64,000 nt of DNA from Octopus sinensis. Its lineage: Eukaryota. Where the stretch lies: NCBI RefSeq assembly GCF_006345805.1, contig NC_043015.1:40796001-40860000 (forward strand). Direction: 5' to 3'. The notes beneath the pieces are model-generated. The model worked only from the letters and a program-made list of their open reading frames with translations. It had not been told where the DNA came from and made no database searches. Below are positions 1-11,179 of the stretch, piece by piece (position 1 is the stretch's first letter; each line of letters opens with the position of its first letter). Both the position numbers and the translations under genes were made by a program.

Positions 1-129
1 GCAATTTTGCCAGCGATGTTTAGAATCCCTCTCAGTCATCATGAATATATGCAATTTCTCTTCTACTTTCACTTTTCTTTCTTTCTTCTTCTCCCCCATC
101 ATCAATACCCCCTGTGGCTAATGAAAGAA

Positions 130-607
130 ATTATTATTATTATTCAGTAGTTTTATTTTTATAGTGTGCTTTCACTTCACTACCGAGCGCAGCTCTGTGT
201 GCCTTGGGTATGTGCTGTGATTTGTTGTGATGCTCTGATGGTTATTGTATGGAAAGTGTTCTGCGTAGGATGTGTGCAGTGCCTAGTAGTGCAATTTTTT
301 GTATGTTATATGTGTTTGTAAGTCCTGGTGTTTTTGTTATGTATCTGTCTGAATATTTTTTTATCATGTCTAATGCACCTACTATGATAGGAATTGTTTC
401 TGTTTTTAGATTCCACATTCTGGTTACCTCTATTTCCAGGTCTTTGTATTTTGAGAGTTTCTCCATTTCTTTTAGAGAAACGTTGTCATCTGCCGGTATT
501 GATACATCAATTAGAAAGCATTTTTTTTCTTCATTATCTCTGACAACTATATCTGGTCTGTTACCTTAATTTCTCTATCTGTGTGTATCGGCATATCCCA
601 GAGTATT
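130..607 (-). mobile_element. 3' fragment of an R4/Dong-like non-LTR retrotransposon (restriction-like endonuclease domain plus 3' UTR) ending in (TAA)n
   Basis: Minus-strand translation ILWDMPIHTDREIK/(1-nt frameshift)NRPDIVVRDNEKKKCFLIDVSIPADDNVSLKEMEKLSKYKDLEIEVTRMW...IPIIVGALD...IQKIALLGTAHILRRTL shows the PD..D and EK..KY motifs of REL-bearing LINEs. Both ends abut (TAA)n tracts. Confidence 0.85.
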
Positions 608-631
608 ATTATTATTATTATTATTATTATT

Positions 632-1818
632 GAATGAGAGAACCGTACATGTCATCAAAGTGACACTGGAGCAAAATATATGAAGCCCAGTATACCCATC
701 ATGACTACATGTCTGATAAGGGTACACCAGGCACATGCATCACAACCATATGTGTGCAAAATCATGATCTCATATCAAGATAAACAGTGCATGACCTTGC
801 AGGTGGGGCCCAGTTAGAATTTTCTTCAGGTTGAGTAGCCCATCCCGCTCAAAAGGTCCCTGAATAAGGGTTGTTTAAGGATGTTGAAAGAACCACCCAT
901 GTTTCCAGAGGTGAATTATTCAAACCTCAAAGAATCCCTCTCAACACATGGCTATGATGCTCCCCCACTACTTCTTATTATCATTATTATTATTATTATT
1001 ATTATTATCATTATTATTATTATTATTATTATCATTATTATTATTATTATTATTGAGTGAGAGAGCAGTACATGCCATCAAAGTGACACTGGGGTAAAAT
1101 ATACGAAGCCCAATATACCCATCATGACTACATGTCTGATAAGGGTACACCAGGCACATGCATCACAACCATATGTGCGCGACATGGTGATCTCATATCA
1201 AGATAAACAGCACATGACCTTGCAGGTGGGGCCCAGTTAGAATTTTCTTCAGGTTGAGTAGCCCATCCCGCTCAAAAGGTCCCTGAATAAGGGTTGTTTA
1301 AGGATGTTGAAAGAACCACCCATGTTTCCAGAGGTGAATTATTCAAACCACAAAGAATCCCTCTCAACACATGGCTATGATGCTCCCCCACTACTTCTGC
1401 TCATGATCAGAGATGCACATATCGTCAGCCACTAAGGGACATGCTCCACTGGTTAAGGTCAAACAACTGACAAGCAAATCTGTGGTATTGAGCAGAATAT
1501 TTGCTGTAGCCCATCTTTTATACCAAGACAAAGCAATGAACATGATAACACTTCCAATCAGTTAAGATCAGAAGCCATGAGAGCCACTGCCTGGTACTGC
1601 ATCAGGGCATCCTGGTACTGCATTAGGGCATCCTGGTACTGCATCAGGGCATCCTGGTACTGCATTAGGGCATCCTGGTACTGCATCAGGGCATCCTGGT
1701 ACTGCATCAGGGCATCCTGGTACTGCATCAGGGCATCCTGGTACTGCATCAGGGCATCCTGGTACTGCATCAGGGCATCCTGGTACTGCATCAGGGCATC
1801 CTGGTACTGCATCAGGGC

Positions 1819-1849
<31 letters not shown>

Positions 1850-1933
1850 GAGTGAGAGAGCCGTGCATGTCATCAAAGTGACACTGGAGCAAAACATATG
1901 AAGCCCAGTATACCCATCATGACTACCTGTCTG
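632..1933 (-). mobile_element. Three head-to-tail copies (632-974, 1055-1820, 1850-1933) of a ~550-bp non-coding retroposon, each ending in (TAA)n
   Basis: Near-identical sequence GAGTGAGAGAGCAGTACATGCCATCAAAGTGACACTGG... restarts after each (TTA)n tract. Another copy lies in opposite orientation at ~43528-43928. Confidence 0.8.
1590..1820. repeat. 21-bp tandem array (CCTGGTACTGCATCAGGGCAT) x11
   Basis: Exact 21-bp period; two copies carry a C>T variant. Produces the periodic ORFs MQYQDAL, CPDAVPG and WYCIRAS. Confidence 0.97.
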
Positions 1934-2199
1934 TTATGGCAAGACACCTGCTTCTGTCTCTTTGTCACACTCTGACACAAGTGCCCTGCCCCTCTCATAA
2001 TTCCTTGTCTTGTGAGTTAATTGGTTACCCTGCCAGTGCTGGTGCCACATAAAATGCATCCAGTCCACACTATAACGGGATTGGCATCTGGAAGAGCATC
2101 CAGCTGTAAAAATCATACCAAAACTAACTTCGCCTGAGATAGTGCCACGTAAAAAGCACTGAATATGTATAGATACATATGTATGTATGTATATATATG

Positions 2200-2239
<40 letters not shown>

Positions 2240-2241
<2 letters not shown>

Positions 2242-2577
2242 GGGTAAAGACCCCCTTCGGTCATGAATGACCATGGGATTGCACCTAGAAAGTTGCCCTC
2301 CTAGACACAAGTCCGGACAAGGTTGTTTATGGAAGACCAGCAGTCGCCCATGCATACCAGCCTCCCCCCCTCTCCACGCCACCAGTGTTATCCAAGGGAA
2401 AGACAAAGGTCGATACAGCTTGGCACCAGTGACGTCGCAACTCATTTCTACAGCTGAGTGAACTGAAGCAACGTGAAATAAAGTGCCTTGCTCAAGAACA
2501 CAACACGCAGTCCGGTCGGGATTCGAGCTCACAACCTCATGATCGTAAGCTCGACGCTCTAACCACTGAGCCATGCG

Positions 2578-2580
<3 letters not shown>
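2240..2580 (-). mobile_element. tRNA-derived SINE, family B (head GGCGCATGGCTCAGTGGTTAGAGCG...GAGTTCGA)
   Basis: Pol III A/B-box-like head followed by the CTTGAGCAAGGCACTT...CACTCAGCTGTAGAAATG body. Related copies at 9571-9810 (+) and ~34820-35110 (-). Confidence 0.8.
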
Positions 2581-2654
<74 letters not shown>

Positions 2655-3131
2655 GATATATATATCTAGATATATAGATATATATATATTATATAATAGA
2701 TATATATATATATATAGATATATATATATAATAGGATGGTTGTGTGGCAAGAAGCATGCTTTCGAAGCCACATGGCTCTGGGTTCAGTCCTACTGCATGG
2801 CCACCTTGGGTAATTGTCTTTTACTTAGCCCTCAGGCTGACTGAAGCCTTGTGAGTGGATTTGGTAGACAGAAACCGAAAGAAGGTTGTTGTATATATAT
2901 ATATATATAATTAATAATATCAGGCTAGGCCTCTGGTAGTAAAAAATTTCCAAAATCTTTATTACCCTGATATTATTAATTATGTATAATGGTTTCTGGT
3001 AGATTCGTTAGAAGAATTTGCCGGCATCTTTTTGCTGCAGACAAAAAAGACTGCGCTTGCGCAGTGGATTTGAAAAAAATTTAAATGTATAAGCAATGAG
3101 ACCCATGCTGGATTGGCCTTGTTGTTTATAT

Positions 3132-3226
3132 ATCTAATCTATGGCGTCCCTGCTGATGAAGACTTTGCCTGGTAAATAATTTTTATTTACTAAAATAAGT
3201 CAGAAACCATGGTCTAGGAATTAGAT
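3132..3226 (+). ncRNA. Hammerhead ribozyme-like motif (type I, Penelope-like)
   Basis: CTGATGA at 3153-3159; stem II GACTT/AAGTC; GAAA at 3203-3206; palindromic stem III CCATGG; GUC triplet; stem I CCTG/TAGG extended by ATCTAAT/ATTAGAT. Non-canonical extra A residues flank stem II. Confidence 0.6.
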
Positions 3227-3425
3227 GGTAAATGTTTTCTTTTTCACTCCCTTTGAGAATTTATACCTAATTAGTGGTTTGGACTTTAGCTGTTCTTTCT
3301 AGCGTAAAGGATTCCTATGATGGAAGCCTCTTAATGTGTTTTAATGTAAACTGTATTTTATATATATATATATACATATATATATGTATATGCATGTCTT
3401 TATGTCCGTTGTGTGTGTGTGTGTG

Positions 3426-3564
3426 CACTAGCATAGCTGGGGGGGATAGGGATCCCCGGGAGGCACTTTTAAAGGGGCACCAAATTTGGGTCTGCTGTAG
3501 GCAATGTTTTTTGTGAAGTCCGGAAGGGCTGCAGCTGGCGGCACACACTCTAGCTACGCTAGTG
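3426..3564. mobile_element. hAT-like MITE inserted in (GT)n
   Basis: TIRs CACTAGCATAGCT / AGCTACGCTAGTG. Confidence 0.6.
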
Positions 3565-3581
3565 TGTGTGTGGTGTGTGTG

Positions 3582-3618
<37 letters not shown>

Positions 3619-3911
3619 ATTTAATAAAACACACAAGATAACTGACTCCATGGGTGTCTACATGTTCCTATTATTTTTAATCGACAAATGTTACTAAATG
3701 AATCGAGGGCCGAGAAATTCGTACACAGTACTCAACTTTATGACTTTCATACATACACAAATAGACAAAAATACACATATACGCACATATATAAACGCGA
3801 TATACAGCAGCAAAAGAGAACTCACGTATCAGTCCTGTATATCTATATACACACACGTATTGCCAGCAAAATCTTATAAAATTACAATGCTCTAAAAGAT
3901 GTACATGTTTC

Positions 3912-4327
3912 GGATCTTTTCCGCTTGAATGGCAGTTTTTTAGAATAATTTCCACGTAAGTAAAAAATTTTAAACTTCGTATACTGGTAGAATGTGTTTA
4001 GAAAACATCTTTTTCTCTTGGCTTTATTGAGAAAATTCTATAGTTTGTAAGATATTTGTTGGGTTTTTTTTCTTCAATTTCTGCAATTTCAACCAATCAA
4101 TGACGTCTATTGAGGTAAAAAAAATACTCTGTGCCGTATGAATATGTCGCTCGTTTAAGAAACAGATTGGGTTTATTTACATTTGTGAAGAAAAAAAAGT
4201 TACCCTTCCCCCACCCCTAACCCTAAAAGAGATTGAAATGCAATAGATCGATACCAGGGTCATAATTATGGGTGACATTTTCATATGACACCGCTAGCAA
4301 AAACTGCCGTTCAAACCGAAAAGATCC
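3912..4327. mobile_element. MITE with GG..CC termini and 8-bp TSD (Merlin-like)
   Basis: TIRs GGATCTTTTCCGCTTGAATGGCAGTTTT / AAAACTGCCGTTCAAACCGAAAAGATCC; perfect TSD CATGTTTC at 3904-3911 and 4328-4335. Confidence 0.85.
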
Positions 4328-4344
4328 CATGTTTCTATGTTATA

Positions 4345-4940
4345 TCTTTATATATAAAAGTCAAGTTGTGTGTCTGTCTCCTACGATTTAGATTCCTAAC
4401 TACTCCCACATTTTGCGGTGCAGTTTAAACAAAACCGGGTATCTTATAGTCGTGATTCATATCGAGCCCTTCTGGGTATTAGCGCGCGTCTACGATGAGT
4501 CTACGATTTAAAAAAAAATTTACCATCATTTTTTCCATTTTAATGCATTTTTTCGCTATTATATAAGGGAAGTAACTCTCTAAAAATGTCTACGATGAGT
4601 CAACGATTTAAAAAATAATTTACCATCATTTTTGCCCATTTTAATGCATTTTTTCGCTATTATATAAGGGAAGTAACTCTCTAAAAATGTCTACGATGAG
4701 TCAACGATTTAAAAAATAATTTACCATCATTTTTGCCCATTTTAATGCATTTTTTCGCTATTATATAAGGGAAGTAACTCTCTAAAAATGTCTACGATGA
4801 GTCAACGATTTAAAAAAAACTTACCATCATTTTTTTTCATTTTTAATGCATTGTTTGCTAATTTTTGGCTATAACTCTCTAAAAATGCTTATATAGTTAT
4901 TTCCCTTACAAACCCGAGCAACGCCGGGCGATACTGCTAG
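4345..4940 (+). mobile_element. Non-autonomous Helitron with internal ~101-bp tandem repeats
   Basis: 5' TC start, 3' hairpin CCCGAGCAACGCCGGG followed by terminal CTAG, inserted between A and T. Internal units start at 4488, 4588, 4689 and 4790. Confidence 0.85.
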
Positions 4941-5168
4941 TATAAAAATAAAATAATAACTTCGTCAGTCATTAGCGAAAAAACAAAAAAATACTGTGAA
5001 CTTAGAAAGTTAAGTTGTATTAAAAGTTATACACTCGAAGTGGCGAGCGGACAGAACCGCTAAGACTACGTTATGAGTTCAAATTCGGTCGTGGTCGATT
5101 TTTAGCCTCTCATCATTTTCGGGTTCGATGAAATAAGGACCAGTTGAACACTGGAGGTGGCGTACTCG

Positions 5169-5268
5169 NNNNNNNNNNNNNNNNNNNNNNNNNNNNNNNN
5201 NNNNNNNNNNNNNNNNNNNNNNNNNNNNNNNNNNNNNNNNNNNNNNNNNNNNNNNNNNNNNNNNNNNN
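5169..5268. other. Assembly gap (100 N)
   Basis: Run of N. Confidence 1.
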
Positions 5269-5337
5269 TTAATATATTGAATTTTTCCAGTAAGTTTGGA
5301 TTTATACTCCCTAATGACTTAACTATCCTCTCACACC

Positions 5338-5391
5338 GTCTCCGATGAAGGATATTATTATTAATTAATATTCTAGAAACAGCGGTAAGAC
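5338..5391 (+). ncRNA. Degenerate hammerhead-like motif
   Basis: GTCT-CCGATGA-(AGGATATTA/TAATATTCT)-AGAAAC-AGCG-GTA-AGAC; core U>C change, so probably inactive. Confidence 0.4.
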
Positions 5392-6189
5392 CTTCTATCT
5401 ATAAATGCTCTAATCTCACAGGCTTAGTTTTTTTTTTTACTTATTACGCAAAAATCTCTTATATAATATATATACTCTATATATATATATATATATATCT
5501 TCCTCTCAATATATCTATCTCTCAAATACTAAGTATGGAAGACAACTCCGATTTATAATTAATTAAGATGAATTCAATTAACATATCTTCGTTGTGTGAA
5601 GCGAACACATCCATATCCTGGCGAGCATCTTACGTGATCAAACAGCTCTACCAACACCGCCAACATCACCAGCGCCATCTTTGTTGTCTTTGTTTCATTA
5701 TTCTTTAATTCTGTGATTGCTGACGTTGTTTGTTGTATTTGTTGTCGTTGTTGTTGTTGTTGCTGTTGGTTGTCGATATCACTACTGTTGCAGTTGTTGT
5801 TGTTATTGTTGTTCTTGTTCTTGTTCTTGTTCTTGTTCTTGTTATTCTTGTTGTTGTTGATGATGATGATGTTGTTGTTGGAATACCGAATCCACATTCT
5901 TTCTATGGCACATCGCAAACACAGTGACACGTGATTTCATATCAGACATCGCTCCGACGTCATTGCTCTGAGTTCAAATGATACCCGTGCTATGAAGGGG
6001 TTGGCGGGAAGACACAACGGTACGAGGGTGAAAAGACTTTTGGCAAGATCTGTAAGATTTGTTATTTGGCACCGGTTCTTCTGTACTTCTGCGGCAGGCA
6101 TCACGGTTTCAATTTCACAAGTTTTGCTAAACAGACCGATACCACCAGTACACACACGTATACACAACCTACAGCTCAAAGTCAGGCTA

Positions 6190-6365
6190 TAGGCTTTCAT
6201 TTGTTCTCATAATCCTAAAATAATGGCCTACATAATACCTCTGCATAAAAATCTAGAACAGCTGGGCATCTCCAAAAGAGAACAGAGCAAACCAGTCCGC
6301 ATTCTCTGGGTACAGTTGATTAGAGGAACGGTGAAAAATTTGTAAAACATTCCAGGGATTCTGCG
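6190..6365 (+). mobile_element. Highly decayed C-terminal fragment of a REL-type LINE
   Basis: Broken frame reads ...LEQLGISKREQSKPVRILWVQLIRGTVK/ICKTFQ, recalling REL-LINE C-termini. Confidence 0.35.
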
Positions 6366-6616
6366 TTTGAGCTTCCCGCGTGAACACATTCACACATTTA
6401 GTAATGAAACACACACACACACTTGTGTATTAAAGTAACATGCACACCGAGTGCATAAGTGCAAGTTTATCTACACGCACACATATGCACGCAGCGACCA
6501 ATTCAGACAACTACACACTCGGAGGGTTCTTTAAAAAACCTTACCACTTCGTTAGCGACCGGTTTTAATTCTGCAAAGTAAAAAATTAAATCCCATCAAA
6601 AATGAATACATATATA

Positions 6617-7138
6617 CCGTAAATCCTCGAGTATAGTCCGCCCTTGAGTATAATACGCAGGGGATTTTTAGGGAGCTGTACTTCTGAAAAACCTAAACCT
6701 TGTGTATAATACGCACCCCTTCTCTAACTTGAGTCGTGTGTAATTAAGCCAGCAGCACCAAGTCGAACAAACACTTCCGCGCATGCGTAATACAATAATG
6801 GTGATGTTCTTAACTGTTATATGGGAATGTAAATATGTTTGCAAATTGTTTTTGTTACATGTTATTCTGTGTTCTGAATACTTTTATTTTAATAAATGTT
6901 GCTTACTGCAAGTTATGGATGATTCTTTTATGACTTCATTGCTTTCAGGCTTAGCTTAAGGTATTTTCGCGCCCGACATCACAAAATGCGTCTGAATAAA
7001 CATTGCTGGACAGCAAATAGAGACTCGGACATTGCTTAGAAAATATTTTTTATTTTTAACCTCGTATATAGTACGCACTAGGGATTTTGGCCTTTAAATT
7101 TTGGGGGGGAAATGCGGATTATACTCGAGGATTTACGG
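6617..7138. mobile_element. pogo/Tc2-like MITE
   Basis: TIRs CCGTAAATCCTCGAGTATAGTCCGC / GCGGATTATACTCGAGGATTTACGG flanked by TA on both sides. Confidence 0.85.
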
Positions 7139-7380
7139 TACGTGTGTGTATTCATATGTGTGTGTGTGTGTGTGTGTGTGTGTATCAAACAGTGTCGCGT
7201 TACAGAATCCTGGATGTTTAATATTTACCTGTGCCATGTGACAACTCATGTAAAAGCTGATATGATGCTACAGACTAGAAATTGAAATGAAATGACGGTC
7301 CAACCGATAAATCGAAATTGCGTCGCAAACCCAGCTTCTCAGACGTTTATGTCCATGCTGTCATAAGATTATTTTAAATA

Positions 7381-7777
7381 TGGAATGGAATGGAATGGAA
7401 GCACTCCGTCGGTAACCACGATGAGGGTTCCGGTTGATCCGAATCAACGGAACAGCCTGCTTGTGAAATTAACGTGTAAGTGGCTGAGCACTCCACAGAC
7501 ACGTGTACCCTTAACGTAGTTCTCGGGGATATTCAGCGTGACACAGAGAGTGACAAGGCCGGCCCTTTGAAATACAGGCACAACAGAAACAGGTAAGAGG
7601 GAGAGAAAGTTGTGGTAAAAGAGTACAGCAGGAATCACCACCATCCCCTGCTGGAGCCTCGTGGAGCTTTAGGTGTTTTCGCTCAATAAACACTCACAAC
7701 GCCCGGTCTGGGAATCGAAACCGCGATCCTATGACCGCGAGTCTGTTGCCCTAACCACTGGGCCATTGCGCCTCCAC
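7381..7777 (-). mobile_element. tRNA-derived SINE, family C, with (TTCCA)n tail
   Basis: Head GGAGGCGCAATGGCCCAGTGGTTAGGGC...GGTTTCGATTCCC. Related copies at ~28375-28740 (-) and ~57037-57170 (+). Confidence 0.8.
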
Positions 7778-8464
7778 TATTTTAAATATAAACATAACAA
7801 CATTAAACTTCTTAGCAGAAACATTGGTAATTGATCTAATGGACTTGTTATTTCGCCAGTAGCTTTTAGAGACTGTGCGAGTTTTTAACGTAGCGAGAGT
7901 GACTGAAGTGGAGTTTTCTCGGCTACATATAGACGTTGCGAGGTTAGCATCATTATTACAAGATTGCTTGTATCTTGTAATAATGATGCTAAATTTCGCG
8001 ACATGTATATCATTATTACAAGATTGTTTGTATCTACACTAACGCACCGCTAAGCTTCGGTGATGTAAACACACCAGCACCGGTTGCAAAGCGATGGTGG
8101 AAGACAAACAGAGGCACAAAAACACAGACACATAGATATATCTATATACAGCAGGCTTCTTTCAGTTTCCGTCTACCAAAACCACTCACAAGGCTTTGGC
8201 AGTCGCGAGGCTATAGTAGGAGACACTTGCTCAAAGTTCCACACAGTGGGATTGAACCCGGGACCGTGTGTATGGGAAGCAAACTTCTTACCACACAGCC
8301 ACGCCTGCGCCACGATCAAAAAGAGGAGAGTAAGAATGGTACCAACATTTAATGGGTTCAAAGAGTAACAGTGATGAAGAACAAAGGAAACGTCTTAAAG
8401 TCTAAGTCATATCTCACAACTTTTTACACAACCCATAGATCGCTGGCCACCAAACCTTTTCTGT

Positions 8465-9027
8465 TTGGGTTGTCCGGAAAGTTCATGCCGATTTATAGTA
8501 GCTTACCTTTCAACTTATTTTAAAACATGGTTGAGTCCATAAAATAGGATTTCACTACACCTCTATTTAGAGCACAGTTTAAGCTATCTTTTCTTGGAAG
8601 AAGGTTTATGTTCCTATAACCTGTGTTAATTCTGTAACCCTTTAAAATGGAAGATAAAGTTCATTTTCGGCACTTGATGCTTTAGCAACCAGACAAAAAT
8701 TGCTGCAGCTCGGCTGGGATGTGTTACCCCACCCTCCATATTCACCAGAGGTTGCTCTTTCGGATTTTCACTTATTCAGGTTTCTGCAGAATAGTCTTAA
8801 TGGTAAAAATTTCAATTTCTTGGATGACGTAAAAAGATACCTTGATGAATTCTTTGCCATGAAACCACCTCAATTCTGGCAAGAGGGTATTTTCAAGTTA
8901 AAGGAAAGATGGAGACGCATTGTGAAACAAAATGGTTCATATTTGGTTGATTAAAAATGTAATGGCAAGTATTTATTGACCTTTTTCTTTCCTTTAAAAA
9001 TCGCCACGAACTTTCCGGACAACCCAG
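8465..9027 (+). mobile_element. Internally deleted mariner element (both TIRs, transposase N-terminal stub fused to C-terminus)
   Basis: TIRs TTGGGTTGTCCGGAAAGTTCATGCCGATTT / AAATCGCCACGAACTTTCCGGACAACCCAG plus TA. ATG at 8647 reads MEDKVHFRHLML, then GWDVLPHPPYSPEVALSDFHLF (YSPDLAPSD motif) ...GIFKLKERWRRIVKQNGSY. Confidence 0.92.
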
Positions 9028-9807
9028 TATTTTCTCTTTCTAATTTCTCTCCCTGTTTATTTCTGTGTTCCTTTCTGTTGAAGAGCGTATGCTCGAAACA
9101 TAATAGACTTTCTCACTTCCTGAGCGTTAAACTAATACATCTGTTTGTTGTTTACACACACGTCTTCGTCTTTTGTTGTTGTTTTTTGTTTTTGCAAATT
9201 CTCAATACATACATACATTACATACATGTACACAGTCATACATCCATATACACATAAATATATACACACGTACATAGGCGTATAGAAAACAAGTATGCAG
9301 GTGGAGTGTATATTTAGTTTCCTGAAATAGAAGTGATTAATCGTGATGAAAAACGCTGTCCGTTAAGTTTCTACCCTGGAACTTGTAAAATTTCTTTACA
9401 GTCTTCTATCGAAGAAATACAATAGAAAACGGGAAATAACCAGGCATTAAACTCAACACTGATATTCTACGCATGTCTCAATCTCTGCCACCAATATCGC
9501 CGCATATACGACATTTCTGCAGAGGTCAAAGTTAAGCTTGTGTTATTTATTTATTTATTTATTTATTGAAGGCGCATGGCTCAGTGGTTACAGCGTCGAG
9601 CTTACGATCGTGAGGTTGTGAGTTCGATTCCAGGACCGGGTTGCGTGTTGTGTTCTTGAGCAAGATACTTTATTTCACGTTGCTCCAGTTCACTCAGCTG
9701 TAGAAATGAGTTGCAATGTCACCGATGCCAAGCTGTATCGATCAATTTGCCTTTCCCTTGGATAACACTAATGGCGTGGAGAGTGGAGGCCAGTATGCAT
9801 GGGCGAC

Positions 9808-10138
9808 CCGTCAACGATCTCTTAACTAATGTGCTAATCTGGTCCCTGTAAGCCTGGCGTGCCGTGAACGACGCGTTCAGCTTCCAGTAACCAGGACCCT
9901 GCCTATGTGTCTTACCTAAGTCAAGTGTACAAGTCACAAATTTGTGGTCTGTGTAGCTGACTCTATGGAATTGTGGACAACCTACACTATCCTTAACCGC
10001 TGTCCTACAGAATACTCTATCTAAATACGATCCGGGCGACCCGATGCGGTTGCTCCATGTCCACATTGGCACATTCAGGTGGTCCAGTCGGAAACGTCTA
10101 AGCAGGTCTTTGAGGCATTTACATCCCCTCCTATTACT
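9808..10138 (-). mobile_element. Tx1/L1-clade LINE fragment (C-terminal part of AP endonuclease)
   Basis: WTWSN...SYLDRVF...YTDHKFV...GPGYWKLN motifs in ORF 9719-10351; adjacent to (GATA)n. Confidence 0.75.
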
Positions 10139-10140
10139 AT

Positions 10141-10186
<46 letters not shown>

Positions 10187-10300
10187 TAGATGGATGGATG
10201 GATGGGTAGGTAGGTAAGTAGGTAGGTAGGTAGGTAGGTAGGTAGATAGATAGATAGATAGATAGATAGAGATAGACATATAGACAGATAGATAGATAGC

Positions 10301-10341
<41 letters not shown>

Positions 10342-10641
10342 GCATACACATAGGATGTGTGCTGCGGTTTTACGTTTGACAACATTAAAATAAATACTCT
10401 ACACACAAATGTTGAAGTCTGTAGTGTCCACTTTGTGTATGTGTGTGTGTGTGTGTGTGTATCGGTTTAAATGTATGTGCATAAATGTGTGTGTGTATGC
10501 GTAAGTGGGATATATAGTGCGTGTGCTTTTGTGTGTATGTATGAACCAGCGCACATGTGTGTGTGTGTGTGCACGTGATATAGTGTATGTCTTTGAACTT
10601 GTGTATGCGCTTCTGTTTACATTCATGAACAAATGCTCAAA

Positions 10642-10672
<31 letters not shown>

Positions 10673-10706
10673 ACGCGCGCGTGCGTTTATGTATGTGTGT
10701 ATGCAT

Positions 10707-10743
<37 letters not shown>

Positions 10744-11179
10744 TGTTTGGTCCTTAATCGTCTTGTAGCAGACCTACTTATCAATCAAAGAGATAATTCT
10801 CTGTCGAATTTAAGCAAGAAATGGTTTTCTTCATCGCTGCCAAAACTTTGCATTAAACACTTCGTTCACAAACAGTAATTCCTCCTTCTCCTCCTCCTCC
10901 TATCCACACACACCCACCCACCCCAGTACTCACCAATCCACTCCATCTACGGTAGTCCCCACCCCTACCCACCTACCACTACTTCCACCACACTCTTGAA
11001 AAACAACTGACCTTCAAGAGTTCAGATTAAACGTTAATCGCATTAACCAACTCCCAGATGTTTATTGTCGGATCAAGAAAAGTTTAAGGGCGTAGAAGGG
11101 CCTTAAGAACTTTATGGAGGCAGCTCGTTTTCTTTAGAAAAGAATGCCAAAATAATCCTGTCTATTAGAAGGTACAAGG

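Noticed and set aside
1558-1897. Repeat-protein ORFs (MQYQDAL)n and (CPDAVPG)n, or a CRISPR-like array
   Set aside because: A 21-bp tandem repeat read in several frames; there are no spacers and the context is a eukaryotic retroposon end
2500-2580. tRNA genes here and at other GGTTCGA/GGTTCAG sites
   Set aside because: They are tRNA-like SINE heads continuing into SINE bodies, without a proper acceptor stem or terminator
9070-9110. Hammerhead-like TTGAAGAGCGTATGCTCGAAAC
   Set aside because: Core C is missing and stems I and III do not pair convincingly; at best a decayed remnant
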